Below, piece after piece: positions 49,321 through 61,920 of a stretch of DNA of 64,000 nucleotides. A model generated the notes under the pieces. That model had not been told where the DNA came from, did no database searches, and worked only from the letters and a program-made list of their open reading frames with translations. Both the position numbers and the translations under genes were made by a program. The first letter of the stretch is position 1; each line of letters begins with the position of its first letter. Origin of the DNA: Hypanus sabinus (taxonomy: Eukaryota); contig NC_082715.1 in NCBI RefSeq assembly GCF_030144855.1, positions 146,258,001 through 146,322,000 on the forward strand, written 5' to 3'.

Positions 49321-50269
49321 AAATCTGATTTGTGGAGTGCAGCGGATCTTTCTCCTTACACTCACCACTGAGGAAACCATTCTTATAATGTTCACGACCG
49401 AGGTGGTAAAGAGAGGGAATACAACTGTGCTCATCTAATATGGTTCAGAACTACGGCTCAACGTGGTTCACTCTCATATTTTCAAGACCTGCTGGGCATG
49501 GTTGACACTACCAAGCGCCAAAGCACAAGACTCTAACACTCGCCAACTTAGCTCTTCAGCTCAATAAGCCACGCATGAATTCAAACCCTACGATATCTTT
49601 GTGGTCTTCTTGGAGGTTTATTTCCAACTGTGACCCAAATGCATCACGATTTTAAATTACCACAAAATTTCAGTATTACAATTGGCAGAAAAGTTTGTCT
49701 GCTATGTTTGCACATATTGACATTCAAAAGTAAGAGAGAAATAATACCAGCAGTTGAAAACATAAAACACTAAAAGGCGCCTGCCAATAAAGATTGAGAA
49801 TTTCCATTCTGATATCTACGTACTACTCTACGAAGGCCGTTGTGGTCTTACATGGCGCAAGTATGATTCAGACTTCATTCAAGTTGAAATTTAATTCTGT
49901 ATAACAAAACACTCGAGGATTGTTTTAACGTCGCTTGGCGGTTTAATACAAACTTTTCTGCGATGAAAAAAAGTTAAATATAAAATAGGCCAATGTTAGT
50001 CAATAGACTAACGAGCAGTTAGTCATCCCAGTGAAATCTTAAAAAGTTTCTCCAGAATTGAAGGACTAACTGATCCGTTGTTGTCGTCGTTCTGTTTCTC
50101 CGGGCTCTTAAAGATGGCAAATACGGTAGCAGCTCTGTAACTTTTAGGAAAATGTAAGGCGACACACAAATATCTTGCGCAGGGTGGCGAATAATTAAAA
50201 ATCATTTAAAAATGCTGTGTGTGATGGGGATAACCAGATAGTGTGGAAATTTTTGGAAAGGTTGTACCC

Positions 50270-51080
50270 ATTGAAGTCAGAGTTTAAGAGGGATAATGGT
50301 GCTTAATGGTGACTCCTTTGCTTGCATCTTCGGAAACAGCTCTACTTGCACCTTTAATATATTTACTTTTCCATTTCAGGGTTCTTTTGAAGACCCTGAC
50401 CTGGAATTACACGCAGACTTCGGTTTTTTGCGGGAATGGGACCCGTTCTCGGGTTTCCACGACTGGCCGTTATTCGACATGCCAACGGTTTGTCCTGAGA
50501 GTCCAGATCGTGTTTGGAAGCCTAATATCTCGGGACGCTGGAGACCTGCGGATCGAGGGTCGGTGTCACGGCAGGAGACTCCTGCGTCGTTAGGGAGGCC
50601 GGAAAATCTTCCGCTGCAGGCCCGAAGACCCGAGGTCTTTGTGATCTTCGGACTCGAAAAAAGCGATGAAATGGACTATAAACATCGTAAACCAGCGGGT
50701 TGTTGTTCTGTCACCCGCTCGCTGTGAAAATAGGGGACACCTCCCTCTCGCTTGCCAGGGAGAGAGAGAGCCTATGCTTTGTCCAATGCCGGATGAAGTG
50801 CGAAGCTTTTGGTCTGTGTCTTTGCTATTGCTTAGCACACACTTGGGCTCGGTGATGGCACTTTTTTTTTGCTGGTGGGGTGAAGGGAGGATCGTTGCTT
50901 GCTACCTCTTACGCGCGGGAGGGTGGAACTGTGGAGGACTTTGGGGTTCTCACGTTTAACTGTCGTTAAATCTTTGGGACACTTCTCTGTTGTCGTTGAT
51001 GCTTGCGAAGGAAAAGCATTTCAGGATGTAGATTGTATACATTTCTCTGAAATTAAATTGGACCTTTGAACCTTTGAACC
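50270..51080 (+). repeat. Unclassified interspersed element ending in (CCTTTGAA)2, in the gene 2 J-C intron
   Basis: GC-rich body in AT-rich intron, tandem short tail; similar CTTTGAA tail at ~17000-17230; no recognisable protein. Confidence 0.5.
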
Positions 51081-51368
51081 GTATTGCATTGGAACCAATC
51101 GCCGTGTACTCATTAACTAACTATCAGACCTGGTTTGGCAATTATTAGTTCGGCTTCTACTAAACCAGCGCAATTTTTTTTAAAAAAGAGGGACAGATGG
51201 TGCTTCGGACGCGCGAGTTCAACTAAATTCGTAAAAGAACGTCCCTCGAGTTTGGATATTTGAAAAATGATTATCTTTCGTTCGAAGCAACATTTAGACG
51301 ATGAAAATTTAATTATTGTTCACGTAAGTACCAAGAAGCTAAGCGCATTGATTTGATATTTTACTTAC

Positions 51369-51713
51369 TGCCAACTCCCAGCCGCGTTCCTTTCCCGAAG
51401 ATTAAAGCATCTTTCCAGACAGCACAGTAATAGTCTGCCGCATCCTCCGACTGGACGCTCGATATTGTCAATGTTGCCGTGTTGCCGGATACTGAGCCGC
51501 CGAAACGGTTTGGAACTCCGGAGCCTCTGCGAATGCTGCTCCCTGACCAATACCGGAACAGATACCGAGGAACTTGTCCGGGAATCTGCTGGTACCAGGA
51601 AACAGTGCTACTTCCTAAAGAGGATCCAGACAAGGTGCAGGGTATTTGGACGGTCTGCCCCGGAGATGTGGATTTCGAAGGTGGTTGATTCACTGAAACT
51701 TCCGCGTTGATAT
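51369..51713 (-). CDS. IGL: IgL gene 2, germline-joined VJ exon
   Basis: INA-EVSVNQPPSKSTSPGQTVQIPC...WYQQIPG...EDAADYYC-AVWKDALI-FGKGTRLGVG in one frame; no RSS; donor GTAAGT at 51368; acceptor TTTCCAG at 51714. Confidence 0.97.
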
Positions 51714-51837
51714 CTGGAAAAATTCAGAGGGAAGGAACAATGTGCCCAGGTTAATATTCGAGTAATACCAGAAGTGCGAGAAAAATATCACTGAATGGTA
51801 TTCGAGATTCAATATAAGGTCCATATAAAATACTCAC

Positions 51838-51886
51838 AAATTGCAGTGAACACCAGCGTACTGACCACACGGACCCAGCAAGACAT
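51838..51886 (-). CDS. IGL: IgL gene 2, leader exon (MSCWVRVVSTLVFTAI)
   Basis: ATG at 51886, hydrophobic peptide, phase-1 donor GTGAGT at 51837, 124-bp intron. Confidence 0.92.
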
Positions 51887-51991
51887 TGTAATTAATCGAG
51901 TGAAGCTCACACAAGGTGCAGCGGTTAAGTGGCGTCTCAACTTTTCAGCTCGCTTATGAATCCTGTGACGAGCTGGCACTGCGTGTTCCTT

Positions 51992-52003
51992 ATTTATGCA
52001 AAT
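51992..52003 (-). promoter_or_regulatory. Perfect Ig octamer ATTTGCAT (+AAAT)
   Basis: ATGCAAAT at 51996-52003 on +, 110 bp upstream of leader ATG. Confidence 0.9.
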
Positions 52004-52569
52004 CAGTTCAAACAGAATGGCACATTGACACCAATCACAAGTTGCCAACTTTTTCCTGTGTTAATTTTTTTCATGTTGTTAGCCAGACAAGCATTTGGTT
52101 TCTCGTTGCGTATTTCGCCAATATATTTTAGATAAAGAACTTGTCTTCTTCTCCCTACAATTGCACACTATACGCGAAGCTTGCACCCTTTTTTCAGGTA
52201 GCGTATCCGAGATTTTTGGTAGCAAGAGACGAAGAAAAGAAGTATTGGCAATTATTAATAGATCTGTAGGGTTGTTTATAAAGTCCAAGCCTCTTGTCTG
52301 TACATTTTTAGAGAACTCACTGCCAAACAGATGTAAAGGGTTTGCAATGATTGTGGAACGCCTATTTTCCAGCAGCACTCACTTTACTGAAGATACTCCG
52401 AAGGAAAATTGAGAAAACTAATTTGAATCGACCAGAGAGCTTATTGCGTCTTATGAATAATTAAAAGTGAATCAAACGATTGAGCTGGTGCCGAGGGTGG
52501 TTCACTATAAATTCTGCCAAACTTTGGTCATAATGAGGAACTATATTTACATGTAATCACAGGTGCCTT

Positions 52570-55500
52570 ATACCATGTAATGTACATAGCTGTGGCGAGG
52601 TGAAGACACATCTTCATCAAAGGAGCTGTGAGGCGCTCCATCCCACCGCTAGCTTGCAGGTCACCCTAAGGTAATGTGTCGCACCTGTTAACCCCACGAT
52701 CAGTGTCACGTGAAGCAGAGAAGCAGGCGGTGGATGGTCCTATGAGCCGCTGGTGCATCTCGCAAGACCTGGTGATACGACGACTGACTGCAGGAAGACA
52801 ATCACTGAAGAGTTTTGATAATGGCTGTGTTCACCCGAATTGTAAGGGCACTGCCGAGGAGAAGGCAATGGGAAACCACTTCTGTAGAAAAAATTACGAA
52901 GAGCAATCATGCCATGGGTAATGCCATGATCGCCCACGACATACAAAACTGCACATAATGCTGATGATGTGTTTATATGAATTAAGCAGACATTCTGGGA
53001 AATAAGTGTTTTTTTTTATTAGTTTCACCGATCAGGCACAAGTGAACAGTAGAATAATTCTTAGGTCTTAATAATAGTCAAATCATTGAACACAGAAAAC
53101 TTTAAAAATATATGCTTGGGACATGAGGAGCTATTAGCAGGATAATAAATTTTAGATCGAGTATTTAAGTATTTTTAGGGGCTTCCCTTATTCATCAGAG
53201 AACATTAGAACAAACTCTACAGTTTTGTGTCATTTTCAGGGGCATAAAAAGAAAGGACGCTTAACAGAATGAGATTGAAAGGGGCAGTTAGAATAGATTA
53301 TGCCTGGCGTGCTGAGTTCCTCCAGCAATTTGTTGATATATCCCTCTAATAGAAAGGGGAGCGAACCTGGGATATGGGGTTATCGCTCAATATCTGTCGG
53401 GTCGCAGATTAGGATCTGATGACCAAAAGCTACCCAAGTATCTCAAAACAACACAGAATTAAAAGGACGAATTTCGAACCCTAGAAATCCCTGTCCTCTT
53501 TGCAACTGATTTGTACATAACAAAGCGAGTCAGTGAACTTATTCTACCAATAGATAAGTGGCAGAACTCTTTCCGAATAAGATATCGTCATCACGTGTCC
53601 GCTAATTCCAAACAGAAAACCACTGAGATTTGTTGCTTGCAACTTAAATCCATCTATATGCACATTAACAAAACACTGGATGAGATTAACTTGAAAGCAA
53701 CAGCTGCATTTAAACCCTGAGCACACAACTCTAATGCAAATATAAACATAATTGTTACCAAATAGAACGAACAAATGCAAGTCTTCTATCATGTATTGGG
53801 ATGATAAACAACAGAAACGACCGTTTCCACGGAGCTTTGTATCACCTCACCATAGATTGCTGTGGTATAGGTATCATAAACCCTGCGAACATTGGGAAAA
53901 ATATACATGATGCGAATTCTATTTGTTTTTACAGTAACCTGAATCAAAATAGCCTGAAGGAACATTTAATCATTTGCATTAAACTAATTTAAATTTGGAG
54001 CAATCATCTACATTTATCTTGAAAGGGCAAGCTATTGGATTTGGGCTATTATTAGGAGGCATTAACTGCTACATAGAGTTGCATGGCTGGCACATCCCTC
54101 CTCACCTTTATATAATCGATGTGTTTCTACAGTAATCGATGCAGCACGTTTCAGGTTATTTTCCCAATAGCTAAACCGTACTGTTTCTGAGCTGGGTGCA
54201 ATTGACAGAGTTGTGTGGAGGGAAATTTAGTTTGCATCTGGTTCTTGAGGGACTTTTCTGTGTATGTTTCATGGGTCACGGAATAAGTAATAGAGTAATT
54301 AGGTGCAGAGTAAATCTCCTTTACTTTCCCCAATTATTATCTCCTCCAGTTTTCAATAGTGAAATTAATTCCTCTACGTTTTCCTTTCAAACACTCCAAG
54401 GATACGAGTATAGTGAGTTAAAAACGAATTAATTTCACTTACAATATCGGGATAAACACTGGCAGGGCCAGGACAGCACGAGGTAGATGGAAAGAAAAGC
54501 TGCTGCACTGTCCGTCAGTGAGTAACAATCTTCAACAGATGATGAGAATTCTGCAGGAGCACCGTACCCTATAACTAAATATAGAATTTAGTTAAAGAGG
54601 TCCGTTGCTTCAATTCCAGCATCAGAGTCGACTTCCTCTAGGGAAATTAGACATGAGCAGCGGTTGATAGGGTCGGTTTGGAGCCAGTCGCCATAATTCC
54701 ATTAGAATTTAAAGGAGTTTACAAAAAGAGACAGGGTTAATTCTCAAGTTAAAGGCCTAAATTGGGGCAAAGCAAAAATTGATGGGATTAGACCGGAACT
54801 CTCAAGGATCTATTCTGAGTAGCTGCAGGCAGGGATAGTAAAGTTTGGCAAGTCGGAAGCTTTTGGAAATTAGATACAGAGAATCCAGGACAAATATATT
54901 TCTGTCAGCGTGAACGGCAAGGTAGGTAGGATTTGGAAGCCCGAACTGATGGAGGGAGATTGAGGTCTGCTGAAGAGAAAGGAGGAGCCAGCTGAGATGT
55001 AGCAAAAACTGTGGGAAAATAAGGATTGCTGGAGTCCTGTTAAAGAAGAAATCAGAAGCGAAAAGGGGCATAAGATATCCTTGACAGGTAAGTTGATCAT
55101 AAGAGACTGTTTAAATATATACAAACAAAAACGCCGCTGGGGAGAGAAAAGGTCCACTTTGGAATTAATTTGATCGTCGAGACGAAGGAGGACGTAAAGT
55201 ACGACTCTACTTCAAAGAGGAAACGTCATGGACGCGGGCAAACTCAAGGACGAGCAGAGTGATGCCCTGAAACGTAACGATATTATGCAAAATCGATGTT
55301 TGTGTTTTTAAAGAGGATAACGGTGAATAAATCCCTGGATCTTGCTCTCTGTATCACAAGACGTGTAGCAGTTTTCTGGATTCTTTGCAGAGACTTTTGT
55401 GCCTTTGTTAAACACAGGTATGCAAGATAATGAGAAGCTGTACAAGATAACGAGAGGCATTGATCATGTGGATAGTCAGAGGCTTTTTCCGAGGGCTAAA

Positions 55501-58500
55501 ATGGCTAGCACGTGAGGGCACAGTTTTAAGGTTGTTTGGAAGCAGGTACAGAGGAGATATCAGGGGTAGGTTTTTTTACACAGAGAGTGGTGAGTGCCGG
55601 CAGGCCAGGCAGTGGTGGTGAAAACGAAAACGATAGGGTCTTTTAAGAGACTCCTGGATGGATACATGGAGCTTAGAAAATTAGAGGGCTGTGGGTAAGC
55701 CTAAGTAGTTCTAAGCTAAGGACACGTTCAGCACAGCTCTGTGCGCCAAAGTGCCTGCTCTGTGCTGTAGGTTTTCTACGTCTCTATGTTTCTAGGTGTG
55801 ATTTGGAAACCTAAAAGTCGGCTGATGGTGCATCTTTATTTAAGAGAAATTTTAAGGTTAAGCTACGGAATTACAGCCTGTCAAGCCAAACATTAGAAGG
55901 GGAAAATTACTGCAGGCGATTCTGCGAGACAGGATCTATATCCATATAGAAAGACAAGGAATGCTTAGGAATAGTAAAGTGGTTTTGTGCGCGAGAAGTC
56001 ACGTTTCCCGAGTTTACATGGCTGGTTTTAAGATGATACCAAAATGGTTGATGTGGGCAGGGTTGCAGTTTACCACATGGAATGAACGTCTTGACTTATA
56101 GAGCCTTACTAAATCGTGTCGGAAATATATAGGGTGAAAGGTCAAAGAGCATATCGCATTGACCCGGCTCCTAAAACTGGAGTGGATGGGCTTAACGTGA
56201 GGGGGGAACAGCAAAAGGGACCTATGGATAAGTTTTCATCACAAAGGTGGTGACGCTGTGGAAATACCTGCCAAAGAAATGGTAGGCGCTGCAACAATCA
56301 CGGTGTTTAAAAGCCGCTTGGAGATGTACACGGATAGGAAATGTTTAAAGAGATACGGTGAAAATGGAGCTGAATGGGTCCAGATGAAGAATACTCCGTA
56401 TTCGGTATAGACGAAGTGATCCGAAAAATTGTGGAATTGATCTCAATACAGTGTTAGCTTATCAGCTACTACATTGGTCTTTTCGGGCAAATGGGAAACA
56501 TTAGCTGTCGTTGGTAGCTCATCTTGGAGGAGAAAAACTCTGATCTCAAACTTCCGCTGCCTTGCGGCTAAACCTAATCACGGGGAAGGATTCGGAGTAA
56601 ACCGCGAGGGAACAATCCGGAGCTGGAGTCCCTAAGGCAGTCGGTCTCTGCAGTTCATTTGGTTTCAGCAGATGCGTGGAGAGGGGGAGCTTGCTAAATG
56701 GGCAACAGCTTGCTCTTCATATCGTACTGCACAGGCTTGCGTATTTAGACAGCTAGGACGCCATATCCACGATTGACCGTGACCGAAGGATGGCCTCACC
56801 TCACCTCAGAACAAAGATGGCTCTTATCCCAGGGTTGGACATAGAGGGCGATTGTTGAAAACTCTCCTTTTCTGGCTTCATAGCATGACATAGGAAGCGA
56901 GTTGAAGGTGGAGGGCTGAAGAAGAGCGAATGCTTGTCGCTGCGTTCCGGCGCGAATTGGGAAGTGCTCGAGTAGCGCACTGTGTTTGTTTAGGTATCCT
57001 GGGTTATTTTGTTAAAACTCACGCTGCAGAGCGACCTCCAGTCTTCTTGTATAGTCAAGCATTTAGATGACGACATTTCTCCGTGAAGACCGCGAGGTAG
57101 TTGCTGTGCAACGTGTAATCCATGTTAAAATAAATATTACGTCATATTAGTAAATATGTGTGTGTATGTGTATATATATTTGAATTGTAAGTGCAACTGC
57201 GTACCTAATTCTGACACCGGAAGGTCTGAGAAATTTCAATGCAGCCAATTAATTGTTTTTTTAATTGTTTACAGTTAAAACTATTGTCCAGAGCAATAAT
57301 CTCTCTCGCTCTTTAACATTGACATTTCTTTCTCATTCCAGGTGGAAAATTATTCAGCGCTTCGGTTGCTCTTCTTCCACCCGCGACTAAACAGAACCAG
57401 GAAGGAAAGATGGCGGCTCTGATGTGACTAGTCAATAATTTTTCCACTGCACCGGTAGAGGCTTCACGAGAAATGGACCGCAACGTCCTGTACTGGTGTC
57501 CAGACAACTCGAGTCGTCCGGGCTAGCGACCAGACCTATACCCTTAGCCTTTACCTCACGCTGACCGCCTCTGAATGGAACTCACAAGAAAAGTGCACTT
57601 GTGGAGTTTCCGCGGAAGCGAAGCAACCAGAGAACAGGCTGCGTTAAAGGAGAGCCGTCCGTCTGGGTGCGCGCTGTTATTTACGATCGGGCGCAATCGT
57701 TACACGATTGTGTCCTTTCTATTTGCAAGCAGCTTTGCTACAGTCATATCTTATATTACGGTAGGGAAAGAAAAACTTTCACTTTGTAAACGTAACCTAG
57801 GATCTTTTGTTACAGAAATAAAATTATATTCTTCTTGGAACCTGCGTATCTTGCGTGTCAGCGGATGAATTAAACCAGGGAAGGCGCAGCTGATGCCGTG
57901 TCCTGGTCGTATCGGTTTTTACCTATAAAACTGGGAAGAGGAACAAGGCATTTGTCCCCCTAACGCGTTCAGACATTCATCAAGTTCTGGCTGATATTCG
58001 ACCTCGGCGTCATGTTCCTGCCCTTTGCCTGAAAATTGAGAAATCCGTGGTTTTATGAACGAACTTAAGGACGATGCCTCCAAAGTCTGCAAAGTTACAA
58101 CATCGAGAGCACATTAAGTTCGCGTGCTTGAGTGAGGAGCTGGCTGTGCCAAGGTGCCGTTTTTGGGAACGCCTCTCGGGTAGAATTCCGGAAAAGTGCC
58201 TGATGCCTTCTCACTTCAGTTGCTCGTTGCAACCGCTCTATCTGAGACTGGAGCCATGGTTGTGGACTCCTCATCCAGGAAAGTATCTTCGCTTCATGCA
58301 GTATGTAAAGATCTGTTGGTATTTTAAATTTCTTCGAGATCTTCCTTCATTTTCGTAAATTCTGGAGAAACAGCTTCAGACTGAGCAATTTTTTCTCAGG
58401 TGGCGAATACCTGTTGAAATCCCTCCATCTTGTTCAGCAGCGACAGCTAACCCACACAATGACGTCAGCATTCGTATACGGAAATTGTCTCTTGACAAAG

Positions 58501-59040
58501 GTTAAAATAACATTTGTCTTCCTGTTGGTCTGTTCTTTCGGTAGCTCGGCTTTCAGGAAGCAGACATTCAGTTAACTTTAAGCAAGAACATTATCATCCA
58601 TTGAAGTAATTGTCATGTCTGTAAAATATATTAAAATTGACCCATGTTCTATTTAAATTAATGTTTTAATTTAATTAAATGTTCTTGAACCAAATAAACA
58701 AAAGAAGTCAAAGCAAAAAATTAAAATAAGCCATACTTTTATAGTTGATCCTTCCCCTTATACAAATCATTTTACCCTACACCCCACAAACAAACGTGTC
58801 TCCAAACTTTTGAATGGGTTAAGATACAAAGAACATTCTACAGTGTAATGCTGTGTGACGCCCTTTCGGCTCTCTGTAGGTTTTTGCAGCGGTGCATTAT
58901 GTACTCCAAGGAAAACTGACGGTATGCAGGTAGATTTCAAAAAAACATTTTTAAATTCTGAAAATCCGCACGTTAGAAAGAATTAGCAATTACATGTCGT
59001 CGAAAAATATTTAACCAAACCTATTTAAAACTAGCCTAAT
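52570..59040 (+). repeat. Old duplicate of the + cluster (J-C intron, C, 3' flank) lacking leader and VJ; partner ~20830-27600
   Basis: Colinear homology through intron (e.g. 53800-54600 vs 22010-22740; 56990-57113 vs 24764-24887), C exon and flank B. Confidence 0.88.
57342..57647 (+). pseudogene. Degenerate IgL C exon of the + cluster type
   Basis: Acceptor CATTCCAG retained; GGKLFSASVALLPPATKQ...ALM*LVNNFS: first Cys codon is TGA, conserved Trp lost, later indels; 34 mismatches in first 140 nt vs 25257 exon. Confidence 0.93.
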
Positions 59041-59230
59041 CTCAGGAAAATTTACGATGACCAAATAACCGAGTAATGGGAACGTCTTTGAACTGTGGGA
59101 ATAAACAGGAGCACCCGCAAGAACCCCACGCGATTCACGGAAAGATCCTAGAAGCCCCTACAGACAGCGCCAGACGTGATGTTCGAACTACAGAAAGCCC
59201 CGGTTTGTTGTAACGTTACGCTCGCCGCTA
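59040..59230 (-). mobile_element. V-SINE remnant
   Basis: GTCTTTGAACTGTGGGA...GGAGCACCCGCAAGAACCCCACGCG is the reverse complement of the V-SINE core. Confidence 0.65.
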
Positions 59231-59649
59231 CACTACACGGATGCCCAGGAGTCACTGGTAGGGAGAGTATAAGTGAATACAAGAGTTTAGATTAAGCACG
59301 GTTACATGTATAAATGGGAAATCCTTCTCGGATCGTCCTCAAGATGAGCATGACACCTCATTGTACAACTTTGACAAGACAGAGGATCAACCGCTTGTCA
59401 TTGCGAAATGCCGAAGGGCATGCTCGGAGCAGTATAGGTGCGGCTAAACGTAAAGACAGAAAATGCTGGGAATGTTCAGCAGGGCAGGGAGCCTATGTGT
59501 GAGAAGAGGCATTGCTGACAATTCAATTCAGCAGAATTCCTGATGGCAGGTGTGGGATCTGAAACGCAAATTCTGGTTCTTCCAAAGATGCTGCTTGAAC
59601 CAACGTGTCTACAGCATGTTCTGACTTTGATTTAGATTTCTAAAATCTG

Positions 59650-61790
59650 ATGTTTATTGTTGTGAAGCTGGTGAAGGAGCGACGCAAGATTACATGTCTG
59701 CAAAATTGCAAAAAGGTAATCATCTTTTCAAGGTAACACAATGTTGAGTGTACAAATACATCAGGGCATTTCGAGATTAAGGAAGAAGGAGGTGTTCGGC
59801 CTCCTAATGAGTATTGAGGTAGATCGGTCCCCAGGGCCAGATGGGAGTTACCATTGGTTCTTGAAGGAGTCAGGAAACGAGATGGCTGGGGCCTTGACCA
59901 GTATCTTCGTGGCCACTAGCCATAGGCGAGGTCCCAGAGGACTGACGAGTGACTAATGATGCACCTCTATATCCGACGGGAACAAGGGAAAATCCTCGGA
60001 ACTATAGACCAGAGAGCTCACGTCAGTTGTAAGAAACTGCGGGAGAAAATACTTCTGGATAGGATATATGAGCATTTGGAAATTTACACCCTAACCAGGG
60101 AAAGCCAACAAGGGTTTGTACGTTGCAAGTTGTGCCTTGCCAACTCAGAGATTTTTGACAAGGTTAAGAGAGAGATTGATGAGGGTACGACAGTGGATGT
60201 TGGTTACATGGATCTTTGTAAGGCTTTTGACAAAGTCCCTCTCTGGAAACGAATCCGGAAGATTAGGAAGCATGGAGTCCGTGGAGAATTGTCTCTTTGT
60301 ATTCAGAAACCAACTGCGCATAGACGACAGGGGGTATTGGTTGAAGGGACCCCTTCTAGCCGGAAACTGTTATTAGCAGAATTTCGCAGGGGTCTGAGCT
60401 GCGACTTTTGTTGTTTGCGATGCATATATATGACCTGGAGTGTAAAAATTGTACTTTTAAGAAGCATAAGAGAGCACTGAAGAAGCAAATTAGGATGGCT
60501 GAAAGAAGGCATGAGGTTCCTCTGGTAGACAAAGCATAGGAAATCCCAAGAGTTTCTACATGTATATTGCGAGTAAAAGGATAGCAAGTGACAAGTTTCC
60601 GATCAAACTGGCCATGAAGCTGAAAGGGATTAGGGAGATCACAAATGTATTTTTTTATATCTGTATTTACTCGAGCGACGGACACAGTGTGAGGCAAAAC
60701 AGTAGTGTATTCATGGACTTAAAAGGATTACAGAAGAGGAGGTGCATACAGTTTTGCGACAACGCAATGTGGATATATCCCCAGGAGCTGAAGAAGTGTT
60801 CTCGGACCTTGTGGGAGGCTAGTGCAGAAAGTGCAGGGGACCCAGCAAACATTTTAAACTGTCCTTAGCCTCAGCTGAAGGTAGCCAATTTTGTTCCGCT
60901 GTTCAAGAAGCTCTCCAAGAAGAAGATTGGTAATTACAGGCAGGTGAGCCTGACGTTCGTTGTAGGCAGGTGATGGTACTGGATTGTAAGGGATCAGATT
61001 TATAGGCATTTGGAGAAAAATAGAGACTAATTAGGAATAGTCAACATGGATGTGAGCGAGGTGGGTCATGTCTAAACAAATTATTTAGTGTTTTTTAGAG
61101 AACGTTATCAAAAGGTTTGATGAAGGAAAGACAGTAGATATTGCCTACATGGACTATAGCAAGGCCAGTGACATAGGCCCCATATGGGAGGTTGTGATGA
61201 AGGTTAGGTTGCTTGTCATTCAGTATCGGGTAGTAATCTGGATTAGATATTGGCTTCGCTGGAAAAGCCAGGGAGTGGTCGTCGATGTTTGCCTCTTTGA
61301 GTGGAGGCCTGTGTCTGGTGGTGTACTTCAGTGATGGGTGTAATGTCCGTTGTTATTTGTCATCTATATCAACGATCCGAATCATAATGTGGTAATCGAA
61401 GACATCAAAGTTGTGGATAACAGCAAGATCGGGGACGTAGTAAACGGCGAGTAAGTTCATTGAACCTTGCAGTGGGATCTGGAACAGCTGGAAAAACAAG
61501 CTGAAAACGTCAGATGGTGATTATTCAAGGCAAAGTGAGGACGAACTAGGTTGGACTTGCACGATGAACTGTAGGGCACGTCGTGGTACGGTAGAACAAC
61601 AGGAATGCAAATCCGTAATTTCTTCATGGTGGCGTCGTAGGTAAGTAGCTCCGTAAAAAGAGGTTTAGGCATATTGGCCTTCACAGATCAAGGTAAATAT
61701 TGAGTACAAGAGTTGGGACGAAGATTTTTGCGAAGCCTTATTTGGAGTATTGCATAGTCCTAGTCACCTGCCCATAGCAACACTAGAACA
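59650..61790 (+). mobile_element. Highly degenerate CR1 RT remnants
   Basis: ORF 59956-60480 SQQGFVR...VDVGYMDLCKAFDKVP; 61149-61334 MDYSKASD. Confidence 0.75.
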
Positions 61791-61920
61791 CTAGAATACT
61801 ACAGCACAGTACAGGCCCTTCAGCCCTCGATGTTGTACCGACCCATATATTCCTTTTAAAAAAGTACTAAACCCACACTACCCCGTAATTCTCTATTTTT
61901 CTTTCATCCAAGAGGCTCTT

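Noticed and set aside
20669-57342. Alternative splicing of gene 1 VJ onto the distal pseudo-C
   Set aside because: Would bypass a poly(A) site by over 30 kb and hit a stop at the first Cys; no evidence from sequence alone
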